Source: an uncultured SAR86 cluster bacterium
Lineage (GTDB): Bacteria; Pseudomonadota; Gammaproteobacteria; Magnimaribacterales; D2472
Assembly (NCBI GenBank): GCA_902557645.1
Contig: CACEAP010000005.1
Coordinates: 10,181 to 74,180 of the forward strand
DNA length: 64,000 nucleotides
Direction: 5' to 3'
A program made the translations under genes and the position numbers. Below the pieces are notes generated by a model. That model had not been told where the DNA came from and made no database searches. It saw only the letters and a list, made by a program, of their open reading frames with translations. Every line of letters begins with the position of its first letter. Position 1 is the first letter of the stretch. Shown piece after piece: positions 28,560-36,315 of the stretch.

Positions 28560-29305
28560 GCAGGAAATACTTAGGTAAAAATATTAATCAAACTAAGATT
28601 AAAGAAAACTCTCATATTCTAGATCCAATCATAAGACAAAGAGAGCAATCAAAATACAAAGGCTTACATCAATCAAAATATGGTATTGATATATGGAACG
28701 CTTATGAATTTTCTTATTTAGATAAATATAAATCTCCACATCTAGTGCTTCTTGAGATTATTATTCCCAGCAAATCTACAATAACTATTGAATCGAAGTC
28801 TATGAAAATTTACTTAAATTCATTCTTTAATAAAGAGTTTTCAAGCTCAAGTGAAATAATTAAAAGAATAAAAGATGATCTTTCTAAGATTTGTAAAATT
28901 TCAGTTAAAGTTAAAATTAGGGAATTATTTCCTAAGAAACCAAGTTCAAAATCATTAATTAATAATAAAAATAGAACTACTAAGACTAATAAAGTTTATA
29001 AATTTGAAGCATTTAGATCGTTATGTCCAGTAACTAATCAACCTGACTGGGCCATAATATATGTTCGCTCCAGTTCCGCAATGAATATAGCTTGGTTAAA
29101 TAAATACTTTCTATCATTCAGAAATATTGGGGAATTTCATGAATTATGTATTGATAAAATTTTTTCTAAAATATTAAATAAGTATAATCCAGACAAATTA
29201 TGCGTATATGGAAGATTTCTAAGAAGAGGAGGAATTGACATTAATCCCATGCGAGCCAATACAAAAGATTTTATGTTTCTTAACCATAGAGAAGATGCTC
29301 AGTAA
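28556..29305 (+). CDS. queF: NADPH-dependent 7-cyano-7-deazaguanine (preQ0) reductase, two-domain type
   Basis: QueF motif ESKSMKIYLNSF and the catalytic-Cys region SLCPVTNQPDWA. The GTG start sits in a GTGA overlap with the upstream stop. Confidence 0.8.
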   Translation: MSRKYLGKNINQTKIKENSHILDPIIRQREQSKYKGLHQSKYGIDIWNAYEFSYLDKYKSPHLVLLEIIIPSKSTITIESKSMKIYLNSFFNKEFSSSSEIIKRIKDDLSKICKISVKVKIRELFPKKPSSKSLINNKNRTTKTNKVYKFEAFRSLCPVTNQPDWAIIYVRSSSAMNIAWLNKYFLSFRNIGEFHELCIDKIFSKILNKYNPDKLCVYGRFLRRGGIDINPMRANTKDFMFLNHREDAQ

Positions 29306-29936
29306 CAAGATTCAAAGTTTTGCTAACGAAAATTTATTGAATAAAGCACTTTTTAATAAATTTATACAATCCACAAAAAAAAATAAAACTAATATTGTCT
29401 TATCTGGTGGAAAATCACCTATGGATTTTTATAAACTCTTAGCTAATCAAAGTATTGATTGGACTAAATATAATATTACTTTATCAGATGAAAGGGATGT
29501 TAATACCGAACATAAATTAAGCAATGAGGGTATTATCAAATCCATTATTAATAGTAATAAATTTAACAATTCGTTCATAAGTTTAAGAGAAGCAAATGCT
29601 AAAAAAAAATTAATAAATATAAATAACTATCAATTTTGTCTTTTGGGTATGGGTATGGATGGACATTTTGCATCTATTTTTCCAGACATGAGTAATCTTA
29701 ATGACGCTTATAATCTGTCAGATCCTTTAATATCAATACCAGATGGTTATCCGGATGTACCTAGGATATCTATGACTTTAAAAGAGCTTAATAAAGCAGA
29801 TGAAATTATCTTGTTAATTAAAGATAAAGTTAAAATTGATCTTATATGTTCAAATAGAACAAATAGTGAAGCACTACCAATAGATAAATTAATATCAATG
29901 TGCTCAGATAAATTGCATATATTTTCCCTAGGTTAA
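29295..29936 (+). CDS. pgl: 6-phosphogluconolactonase
   Basis: LSGGKSP and LLGMGMDGHFASIFP motifs. The start is taken at ATG 29295, because the ORF-track 29235 start would lie inside queF. Confidence 0.75.
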   Translation: MLSNKIQSFANENLLNKALFNKFIQSTKKNKTNIVLSGGKSPMDFYKLLANQSIDWTKYNITLSDERDVNTEHKLSNEGIIKSIINSNKFNNSFISLREANAKKKLININNYQFCLLGMGMDGHFASIFPDMSNLNDAYNLSDPLISIPDGYPDVPRISMTLKELNKADEIILLIKDKVKIDLICSNRTNSEALPIDKLISMCSDKLHIFSLG

Positions 29937-29973
29937 TTCCTAAATTTTTATCATATAATATCAACCGAACTAT

Positions 29974-30062
29974 GGAGAGGTGTCAGAGTGGTCTATTGTG
30001 CAACCTTGGAAAGGTTGTGTTCCTTTGCGGAACCCCGAGTTCGAATCTCGGTCTCTCCGCCA
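29974..30062 (+). tRNA. tRNA-Ser (anticodon GGA)
   Basis: Cloverleaf folded by hand. The acceptor is GGAGAGG/TCTCTCC plus an encoded CCA. The anticodon stem CAACC/GGTTG carries the loop TTGGAAA. There is a long variable arm and a T-arm CCGAG-TTCGAAT-CTCGG. The sequence is close to E. coli tRNA-Ser(GGA). Confidence 0.9.
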
Positions 30063-30123
30063 TTTATGTTTATTTTTCATATATATATTGCTAATATATA
30101 TATGTTTTATACTTACAGTTATT

Positions 30124-30411
30124 ATGAAATCATTTAAAGAAGACTTAATGGAAGCTATTGCATTAGTTTCCAATATTGAGCATCAGCTCAAGATAAATAC
30201 TCTTAATGGAAATGAGAAAACAGTCTTTTACTCTATCCTTTTAAAGGAAAAAGAAAATACGGAATGTATTATTTCTGACGTTATTAATATTTCAAAATTA
30301 TCTAGGTCAACTGTTTTTAAGACATTAAAAAAGCTTGAAGATCTTCAATTAATTTTATCTAAACAATCTACTTCTGATAAAAGAGAGCTGGTAATATCTG
30401 TTAACGTATAA
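30124..30411 (+). CDS. Small winged-helix (MarR-like) DNA-binding protein
   Basis: 95 aa from ATG 30124. The HTH-like segment is ISDVINISKLSRSTVFKTLKKLEDLQLI. The upstream part of the ORF-track frame runs through the tRNA and is discarded. Confidence 0.55.
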   Translation: MKSFKEDLMEAIALVSNIEHQLKINTLNGNEKTVFYSILLKEKENTECIISDVINISKLSRSTVFKTLKKLEDLQLILSKQSTSDKRELVISVNV

Positions 30412-30430
30412 AAACTAAAAAAACTAAACA

Positions 30431-31027
30431 ATGAAATATTATCTTCAAGCTTTTGCATTTACTTTTCTTATGTACTTTGGTTTGTGGATTATGTGGATCC
30501 ATTTTGCTATTGACTTTGGATCTGATAGAGATTATCCAGGTAGTTTAGTTTACTTGCCTCATGCAGCAAGAGTTATATGTACATGTCTCTTTGGATGGAT
30601 TGCTATTCCAGCTATGGTATTTGCTGAATGGATTGGCATATCTTATTTTGTGCATGGTGATGCATTTTTAGTTGATGGCACATATTCATTAGTTGAATTA
30701 ATTCAATCTATTTTTGCATCTTCTTCTGTATTACTTGCTTTAATCTTATTAAGAGTTTCTGGTTTCTCTTTTAGTTATAGTCATGGTATGTTGCTTTTAA
30801 AAAAATCTAATTTTCGCCATATATTTTTAATAACTGTTATATCTGCTTCTATAAATGGTCTTTTTGGTAATTTTCTTAGACAGGCTATTACGGATCATGA
30901 TATACATATGTATACCGTCTTAAGATTTACAGTTGGCGATATTATAGGATGTATTACTGTTTTATTAGTAAGTACAATAATGTTATCTGCATATAAAGAT
31001 TTTATTTATCAATCATCCAAAAAATAA
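30431..31027 (+). CDS. Hypothetical integral membrane protein (about 5-6 TM)
   Basis: 198-aa hydrophobic ORF with no motif I recognise. Confidence 0.45.
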   Translation: MKYYLQAFAFTFLMYFGLWIMWIHFAIDFGSDRDYPGSLVYLPHAARVICTCLFGWIAIPAMVFAEWIGISYFVHGDAFLVDGTYSLVELIQSIFASSSVLLALILLRVSGFSFSYSHGMLLLKKSNFRHIFLITVISASINGLFGNFLRQAITDHDIHMYTVLRFTVGDIIGCITVLLVSTIMLSAYKDFIYQSSKK

Positions 31028-31050
31028 GAATTATATGAAATAATATAACG

Positions 31051-31461
31051 ATGAATCCGTTTCATCTTGCTATACCCGTAAATAATTTAAAAACATCAAC
31101 TAGCTTTTATCAAGACATTCTTGGATGCACTAAAGGCAGATCATCATCAAAGTGGGTAGATTTTAATTTTTATGGTCATCAGTTAGTTTGTCATCAAACT
31201 GATGATGCAAAGACCAAGAGCTTTAATCCTGTTGATGGTGAGGAAGTGCCAGTACCGCATTTTGGGATCATTCTAAACTGGAATGAATTCGATCAACTAA
31301 GTAAATCATTAGTAGATAAAAATATTAATTTTATTATTAAACCTACTATACGTTTTGCAGGTAAAACTGGCGAACAAGCAATCATGTTTTTAAAAGACCC
31401 CTCAGATAATGCTATTGAGTTTAAAGCCTTTAAGAATAAAGAAGATATATTTAAAAAATAG
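31051..31461 (+). CDS. VOC-family (glyoxalase/bleomycin-resistance/dioxygenase fold) protein
   Basis: 136 aa. The N-terminal FHLAIPVNNLKTSTSFYQDILGC is typical of VOC beta-alpha-beta-beta-beta modules. Confidence 0.7.
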   Translation: MNPFHLAIPVNNLKTSTSFYQDILGCTKGRSSSKWVDFNFYGHQLVCHQTDDAKTKSFNPVDGEEVPVPHFGIILNWNEFDQLSKSLVDKNINFIIKPTIRFAGKTGEQAIMFLKDPSDNAIEFKAFKNKEDIFKK

Positions 31462-31471
31462 GAGAATTAAA

Positions 31472-32002
31472 ATGATTAAACCTAGAAGAATTGTTACAGG
31501 TAATGATAAAAATGGCGAATCAGAAATTAAAATCAATTCTATAATCGAACCAGATATTATTAATGGCGACAACATATTTTTAGAACTATGGAATACCGAT
31601 GGCAATGTTATTGATAATACAGACTCTATTGATAGAACGGATGGACCAGTTATATTATCTCCACCAGCTAACGGATCTAAAATCAGATACTTTAGTATAG
31701 CTCCTCAAGATCCATCTATATCAACAGAAGCGTTAGAAGAAATGTTTGCATTAGGATTTAAGGCTATAGGCGCTGAACACGAAAGAATTAATACACACAA
31801 ACACCCTGGAATGCATGTAACAAAATCCATTGATTACATTATCCTTATTAGTGGAAATGCAACTTTGACTTTAGATAACGAAGAAGTTTTACTACAGACA
31901 GGCGATATTGTTATTCAAAGAGGCACCAATCATGCCTGGACTGCAAATGGAGATACGCCAGCATTGTTCATAGCGGTGCTTATAGATTCTAAATTTAATT
32001 AA
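31472..32002 (+). CDS. Cupin-domain protein
   Basis: 176 aa from ATG 31472, preceded by AGGAG. The C-terminal cupin motif region is HPGMHVTKSIDYIILISG...GDIVIQRGTNHAW. Confidence 0.65.
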   Translation: MIKPRRIVTGNDKNGESEIKINSIIEPDIINGDNIFLELWNTDGNVIDNTDSIDRTDGPVILSPPANGSKIRYFSIAPQDPSISTEALEEMFALGFKAIGAEHERINTHKHPGMHVTKSIDYIILISGNATLTLDNEEVLLQTGDIVIQRGTNHAWTANGDTPALFIAVLIDSKFN

Positions 32003-32004
32003 AC

Positions 32005-32033
32005 TTGACTACTGTATATTTATACAGTATATT
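32005..32033 (+). promoter_or_regulatory. Sigma70-like promoter TTGACT-17 nt-TATATT
   Basis: The hexamers are read directly at 32005-32010 and 32028-32033. The -10 ends 7 nt before ATG 32041. Confidence 0.55.
32010..32029. promoter_or_regulatory. LexA (SOS) box, gammaproteobacterial type
   Basis: TACTGTATATTTATACAGTA matches the consensus TACTG(TA)5CAGTA at 19 of 20 positions, and the CTGT-N8-ACAG core is intact. Confidence 0.65.
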
Positions 32034-32040
32034 AATATTT

Positions 32041-32274
32041 ATGAATAATTTAATACACTTAAAACACGCTGATCCTATTATTGACCAGTGGACAAATGCT
32101 TTAGATAAAGATGCAGCATATAAGACAATTGCTTTTAAATTTTTTGGTGGTGATTCTGACAAACTAGATATTTATCTTGATAAATTTGGAGAATCACTTA
32201 CAAATATAAAAGTTAAAGTTAACGATATGGCAAATACTGAGGTAAGAGAATATAGACAATTAGCAATGTTTTAA
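32041..32274 (+). CDS. Hypothetical 77-aa hydrophilic protein, candidate SOS-regulated
   Basis: In-frame ATG inside ORF 32005..32274, immediately downstream of the promoter and LexA box. No recognisable family. Confidence 0.5.
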   Translation: MNNLIHLKHADPIIDQWTNALDKDAAYKTIAFKFFGGDSDKLDIYLDKFGESLTNIKVKVNDMANTEVREYRQLAMF

Positions 32275-33686
32275 ATAATTGCTTTAATTTCTAAGTATTC
32301 TTCTAACCCGTATTTACCGTGTTCTCTTCCATTTCCTGATAGCTTAAATCCACCAAAGGGTGCTGGAACTGAACCTCTGCCTATCTTATTAATTATAGAC
32401 TGACCTGAATGAATTCTTTTAGCAATATTATACCCATCATCATAGTCTAGACATGTAATATAGTTAGATAAACCATATTTTGAATTGTTTGCAATATCTA
32501 TAGCATTATCAATACTAGAATAGCTAATAATTGATAAAACTGGTCCAAATATTTCTTCTTGCGCGATAGTTGCAGAATTATCAACATTAATAAAGACAGT
32601 TGGTCTTATAAAATAACCACTATTGCAATTATCAGGATTTCCAAGTCCTCCAGTTACAATTTCATAACCTTCATCTATACCACTTTTGATAAATTCTTGA
32701 ATAGTATTATATTGTTTTTTGTTAACAACCGGTCCATGTGTGGTATTTTCATTATTTGGATCATTAAATATCAATGTTTTTATATGATTAACAATAATAT
32801 TTTTAATATTATTAATAGAAACCTCTGGAATCAATAATCTAGTTGGCGCTGAGCATGATTGCCCAGAATTAATAAAACATTGATTTATTGCATTTGGAAT
32901 AACAGCATTTAGATCAACACCTTCACAAACTATATGTGCAGATTTCCCACCAAGCTCTAATGAAACTCTTTTTACTGTTTTCGCTGCTTTTTCTTGGATA
33001 TCAATACCTGCAATTGTAGAACCTGTAAATGAAATCATTTTAATATCTGGGTGAGTTGAAATAATTGGGCCTATTTCAGAACCAATTCCATTAATACAAT
33101 TAAAACAACCTTTCGGTAAAGCTGAGTTATCAATTACATCTATAAGCAATCTACTGCTAACAGGTGAATATTCACTAGGTTTAAGAATTATAGGGCAGCC
33201 AGCTGCTATAGCTGATGCAATTTTAGTTAATGTTTGATTGAGCGGCCAATTCCATGGAGTTATTAAGGCAGATACACCAATTGGCATTTTAAAAACCTTA
33301 TAGCCATCATACTTTTCTTCAAACTTATATTTTTTAAGCTCACTAATAGTATTAATTAAATGATCTGTTCCCATTTGAATATGCGCATTGCTGGTTAAGG
33401 TAATTGGCGCTCCCATTTCAAGGGTCATAGCTTCAGCAAATTCTTTTCTTCTTACTTCTATTTGATCATTTATAGACTGTAAAACATCAATTCTTTTAAC
33501 AATACTTATATTAGCTGCAACTTTTTCATTTTCTTTAGCTGATTTAACAGCTTGATTTACTTGATCAACTGATGAGCATAGAAGAGTTCCATATTGATTC
33601 TCATTAGCAGGATTAATTAAATTAAAATTAATACCAGTTGGTTCATCAATTAAGTTACCAGCAATATAGGTGTTTGAAATTTTCAT
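32271..33686 (-). CDS. NAD(P)+-dependent aldehyde dehydrogenase
   Basis: 471 aa with the catalytic Glu motif LELGGKSA and the Cys motif FINSGQSCSAPTR. Confidence 0.9.
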   Translation of the reverse strand: MKISNTYIAGNLIDEPTGINFNLINPANENQYGTLLCSSVDQVNQAVKSAKENEKVAANISIVKRIDVLQSINDQIEVRRKEFAEAMTLEMGAPITLTSNAHIQMGTDHLINTISELKKYKFEEKYDGYKVFKMPIGVSALITPWNWPLNQTLTKIASAIAAGCPIILKPSEYSPVSSRLLIDVIDNSALPKGCFNCINGIGSEIGPIISTHPDIKMISFTGSTIAGIDIQEKAAKTVKRVSLELGGKSAHIVCEGVDLNAVIPNAINQCFINSGQSCSAPTRLLIPEVSINNIKNIIVNHIKTLIFNDPNNENTTHGPVVNKKQYNTIQEFIKSGIDEGYEIVTGGLGNPDNCNSGYFIRPTVFINVDNSATIAQEEIFGPVLSIISYSSIDNAIDIANNSKYGLSNYITCLDYDDGYNIAKRIHSGQSIINKIGRGSVPAPFGGFKLSGNGREHGKYGLEEYLEIKAII

Positions 33687-33813
33687 TTTCTTTATTATTA
33701 ATCATATAAATAAATTGTACAGTTAAAAAATTTCTAGATTAAAAGTAGATCTTATTTTATGGGTTATTGTTATATACTAATATTAATTAATGCAAAAAAA
33801 CGTGGAGGTTTCT

Positions 33814-36309
33814 ATGCATAATCTTATTAAAAATTTTACACTTTTATTTTTTTCATTCTTTACTATTTTACTCGTTGCTCAAGATAATCAACAAGATGCC
33901 AATGATGGAGTTACAGAACTAGAAGAAATAGTAGTAACAGCAACATCAAGAGAGTCGTCACTTTTAGATGTTCCATATAATATTTCAACCATTTCAGGAG
34001 CTGATTTAGAAGAAAGAGCAGTTCAGGATACTAGTGAATTACTTAGAAGTTTTGCTGGAATAAGTACAATAGACAGGGGTTATAGAAATGCAGGAACTAC
34101 TAATAGTGCAAGAATTAGGGGTTTAAATGTAGATTCATCAGCTCTTCAAGATTATCCTGTAAGTTCCGTTGCCTCAGTTTCAACTTATGTGGATAAAACT
34201 CCTATTTTCGCTAATTTTCTTTTAAAAGATCTAAAGCGTGTAGAAGTCTTAAGAGGTCCTCAGGGAACTCTTTATGGCTCAGGAGCTTTAGGTGGCACTA
34301 TAAGATATATAACTAATGATCCAATCATGGATGAGATGAGCGGAAGTGTTAATGTAACAACTTCAGATGTTACAGGCTCTAATTCACAAGGTTTTGCATT
34401 AGATTTAGTACTAAATGTCCCCTTAGCTGACAATGTAGCTTATCGATTAGCTTATTCACATGCTGACTATCCTGGTATTACAGATTATGTAAATGTTTTC
34501 AGAGTTTCAGATATTCCAGGCTTTGATTCATGGTTTGGACCAGTTGATCCATCTTATGGCGTTCCAACTCCAAGAGGAGGCACTGGTTATCCAGATTTTA
34601 TAACTTCACCACCTTCTATTAAAACAGTCCAAGATGCCGATACTGTTGGTATAGATTTTTTTAGACATAAATTATTATTTGATATTAATGAAAATATTGA
34701 ATTAGTTATTACTGCAACAACACAAGAAGATGATGTTGGAGGAAGAAGACAGGCATCAACAGGTACTAAGTACATGTTAAATGAATCATGTGTTTCATTA
34801 ATGGATGCAAATTGCTATTCAACAGGCACTTATGGTAAATATGAAAATGGAGCTTTAATGTTAGAGCCTTCTGAGAGAGAAGTTGAAGTTTATGCTTCAG
34901 AGTTAACCTACGATGCGGATAACTTTGATTTAATTGTTTCGTTATCTACATACGAAAAAACCGGTTCAAGTATTACAGATAATACTGGTTATTTTGCAGG
35001 TACTGGAGTTTATACCTCAGCGCTAGCTGGTTATTATAATCAGACAGCTGGAGGAATATGGAGTACGCCAGCAAGACCATATTCACCAGCACATAGACAA
35101 TATAGCAATTCAGCTGATACTTTAGAAATAAAATATATCTCAGAAGTGTCTGAGACATTTGATTATATTATTGGCTATTTTAATCAATCAGAAGATATGT
35201 CTAGGGCGCAACAAACTTATATTAAAGGTGTTAATGTCTGGAAGGGCTATTATTGGGGTGTTGATTATGTAATTGATCCTAATGAACAAGATTTTGATTA
35301 TCTGGTTAATGAAACAATAGATCATGAAGCTATATATGGTGAATTTACCTTCCATCTTAATGATGAATATGATTTAACTTTAGGGTTTAGAGATTTTACT
35401 TCAGATGCTGACGCTAATATGAATATGTCATTTAAACTATACAATATTGGTCCAGCAACAGATACATCAACTAATTCAGACTCAGATACTTTACTTAAAG
35501 CTAATTTGGCATACAAACCTGCAGATAATGTTACTTATTTTGCTACTTTATCTGAAGGTTTTAGACGCGGTGGTGTAAATGCTGTGCCTACAGAGGGAAC
35601 TTTTATTGAAGAGGCTGGATGGGTTCCATTTCAATCTGATACAGTCACAAATCTTGAGATTGGAGTAAAAGGTTTTGTGGGAGATACTTATTACAACATG
35701 AGTTTGTATAACGTAACTTGGGATAATCCCCAGCTTAATACTGCAACACCTGTATATGGTTACTATGCGGTAATTAATGGTGAAGAGGCTGAGACTAAAG
35801 GATTGGATCTTGAAATGCAGGGAACAGTTGGTGCATTAGATTGGAATATTGGATATGCTTTTAATGATACAAATCTTACAAAAGATCTCTTTACTCCAGC
35901 ATCTATTCCTGTTCTCTATGCAAGCAAAGGAGCAAAGCTTCCAGGCAGTCCTGAGCATATGTTAAATATTGGACTCGCTTATACTCATTATTTTAACTCT
36001 GGTATTGGTCTAGCTCAGAGACTAGATTTTTATTCTCAGTCTGATACTAGAAATTATATTGGGGATAGCTCTTTATATGATGCTAAGTTTGATGGATTTA
36101 GAATAACAAACATGTCCTCAACTTTTTTTAAAGATAATACTTATTTATCTATTTTTATAAAAAATCTAGGAAATGAAAGAGGCGTTACAGGGGCATTTTT
36201 AAACCCAGCCTTTGGACCACAGCTCTCCCAGGGTTTTTATGGAAGCAATAATAGAGAATTCTTTGCACTTCCAAGAACTTTAGGTATTTCTCTTAACAGA
36301 GCTTTTTAA
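33814..36309 (+). CDS. TonB-dependent outer-membrane receptor
   Basis: ATG 33814 sits 5 nt after GGAGG and is followed by a signal peptide. A TonB-box-like EEIVVTATSRE and plug motifs (VEVLRGPQGTLYGSGALGGTIRYITN) are present, and the barrel ends in RAF. Confidence 0.9.
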   Translation: MHNLIKNFTLLFFSFFTILLVAQDNQQDANDGVTELEEIVVTATSRESSLLDVPYNISTISGADLEERAVQDTSELLRSFAGISTIDRGYRNAGTTNSARIRGLNVDSSALQDYPVSSVASVSTYVDKTPIFANFLLKDLKRVEVLRGPQGTLYGSGALGGTIRYITNDPIMDEMSGSVNVTTSDVTGSNSQGFALDLVLNVPLADNVAYRLAYSHADYPGITDYVNVFRVSDIPGFDSWFGPVDPSYGVPTPRGGTGYPDFITSPPSIKTVQDADTVGIDFFRHKLLFDINENIELVITATTQEDDVGGRRQASTGTKYMLNESCVSLMDANCYSTGTYGKYENGALMLEPSEREVEVYASELTYDADNFDLIVSLSTYEKTGSSITDNTGYFAGTGVYTSALAGYYNQTAGGIWSTPARPYSPAHRQYSNSADTLEIKYISEVSETFDYIIGYFNQSEDMSRAQQTYIKGVNVWKGYYWGVDYVIDPNEQDFDYLVNETIDHEAIYGEFTFHLNDEYDLTLGFRDFTSDADANMNMSFKLYNIGPATDTSTNSDSDTLLKANLAYKPADNVTYFATLSEGFRRGGVNAVPTEGTFIEEAGWVPFQSDTVTNLEIGVKGFVGDTYYNMSLYNVTWDNPQLNTATPVYGYYAVINGEEAETKGLDLEMQGTVGALDWNIGYAFNDTNLTKDLFTPASIPVLYASKGAKLPGSPEHMLNIGLAYTHYFNSGIGLAQRLDFYSQSDTRNYIGDSSLYDAKFDGFRITNMSSTFFKDNTYLSIFIKNLGNERGVTGAFLNPAFGPQLSQGFYGSNNREFFALPRTLGISLNRAF

Positions 36310-36315
36310 AAGTAT

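Noticed and set aside
29970-30173. ORF 29970..30173 (-), and the first 48 codons of ORF 29980..30411 (+).
   Set aside because: Both read straight through the tRNA-Ser gene (29974-30062). Only the part of the plus-strand frame from ATG 30124 is retained, as a wHTH protein.
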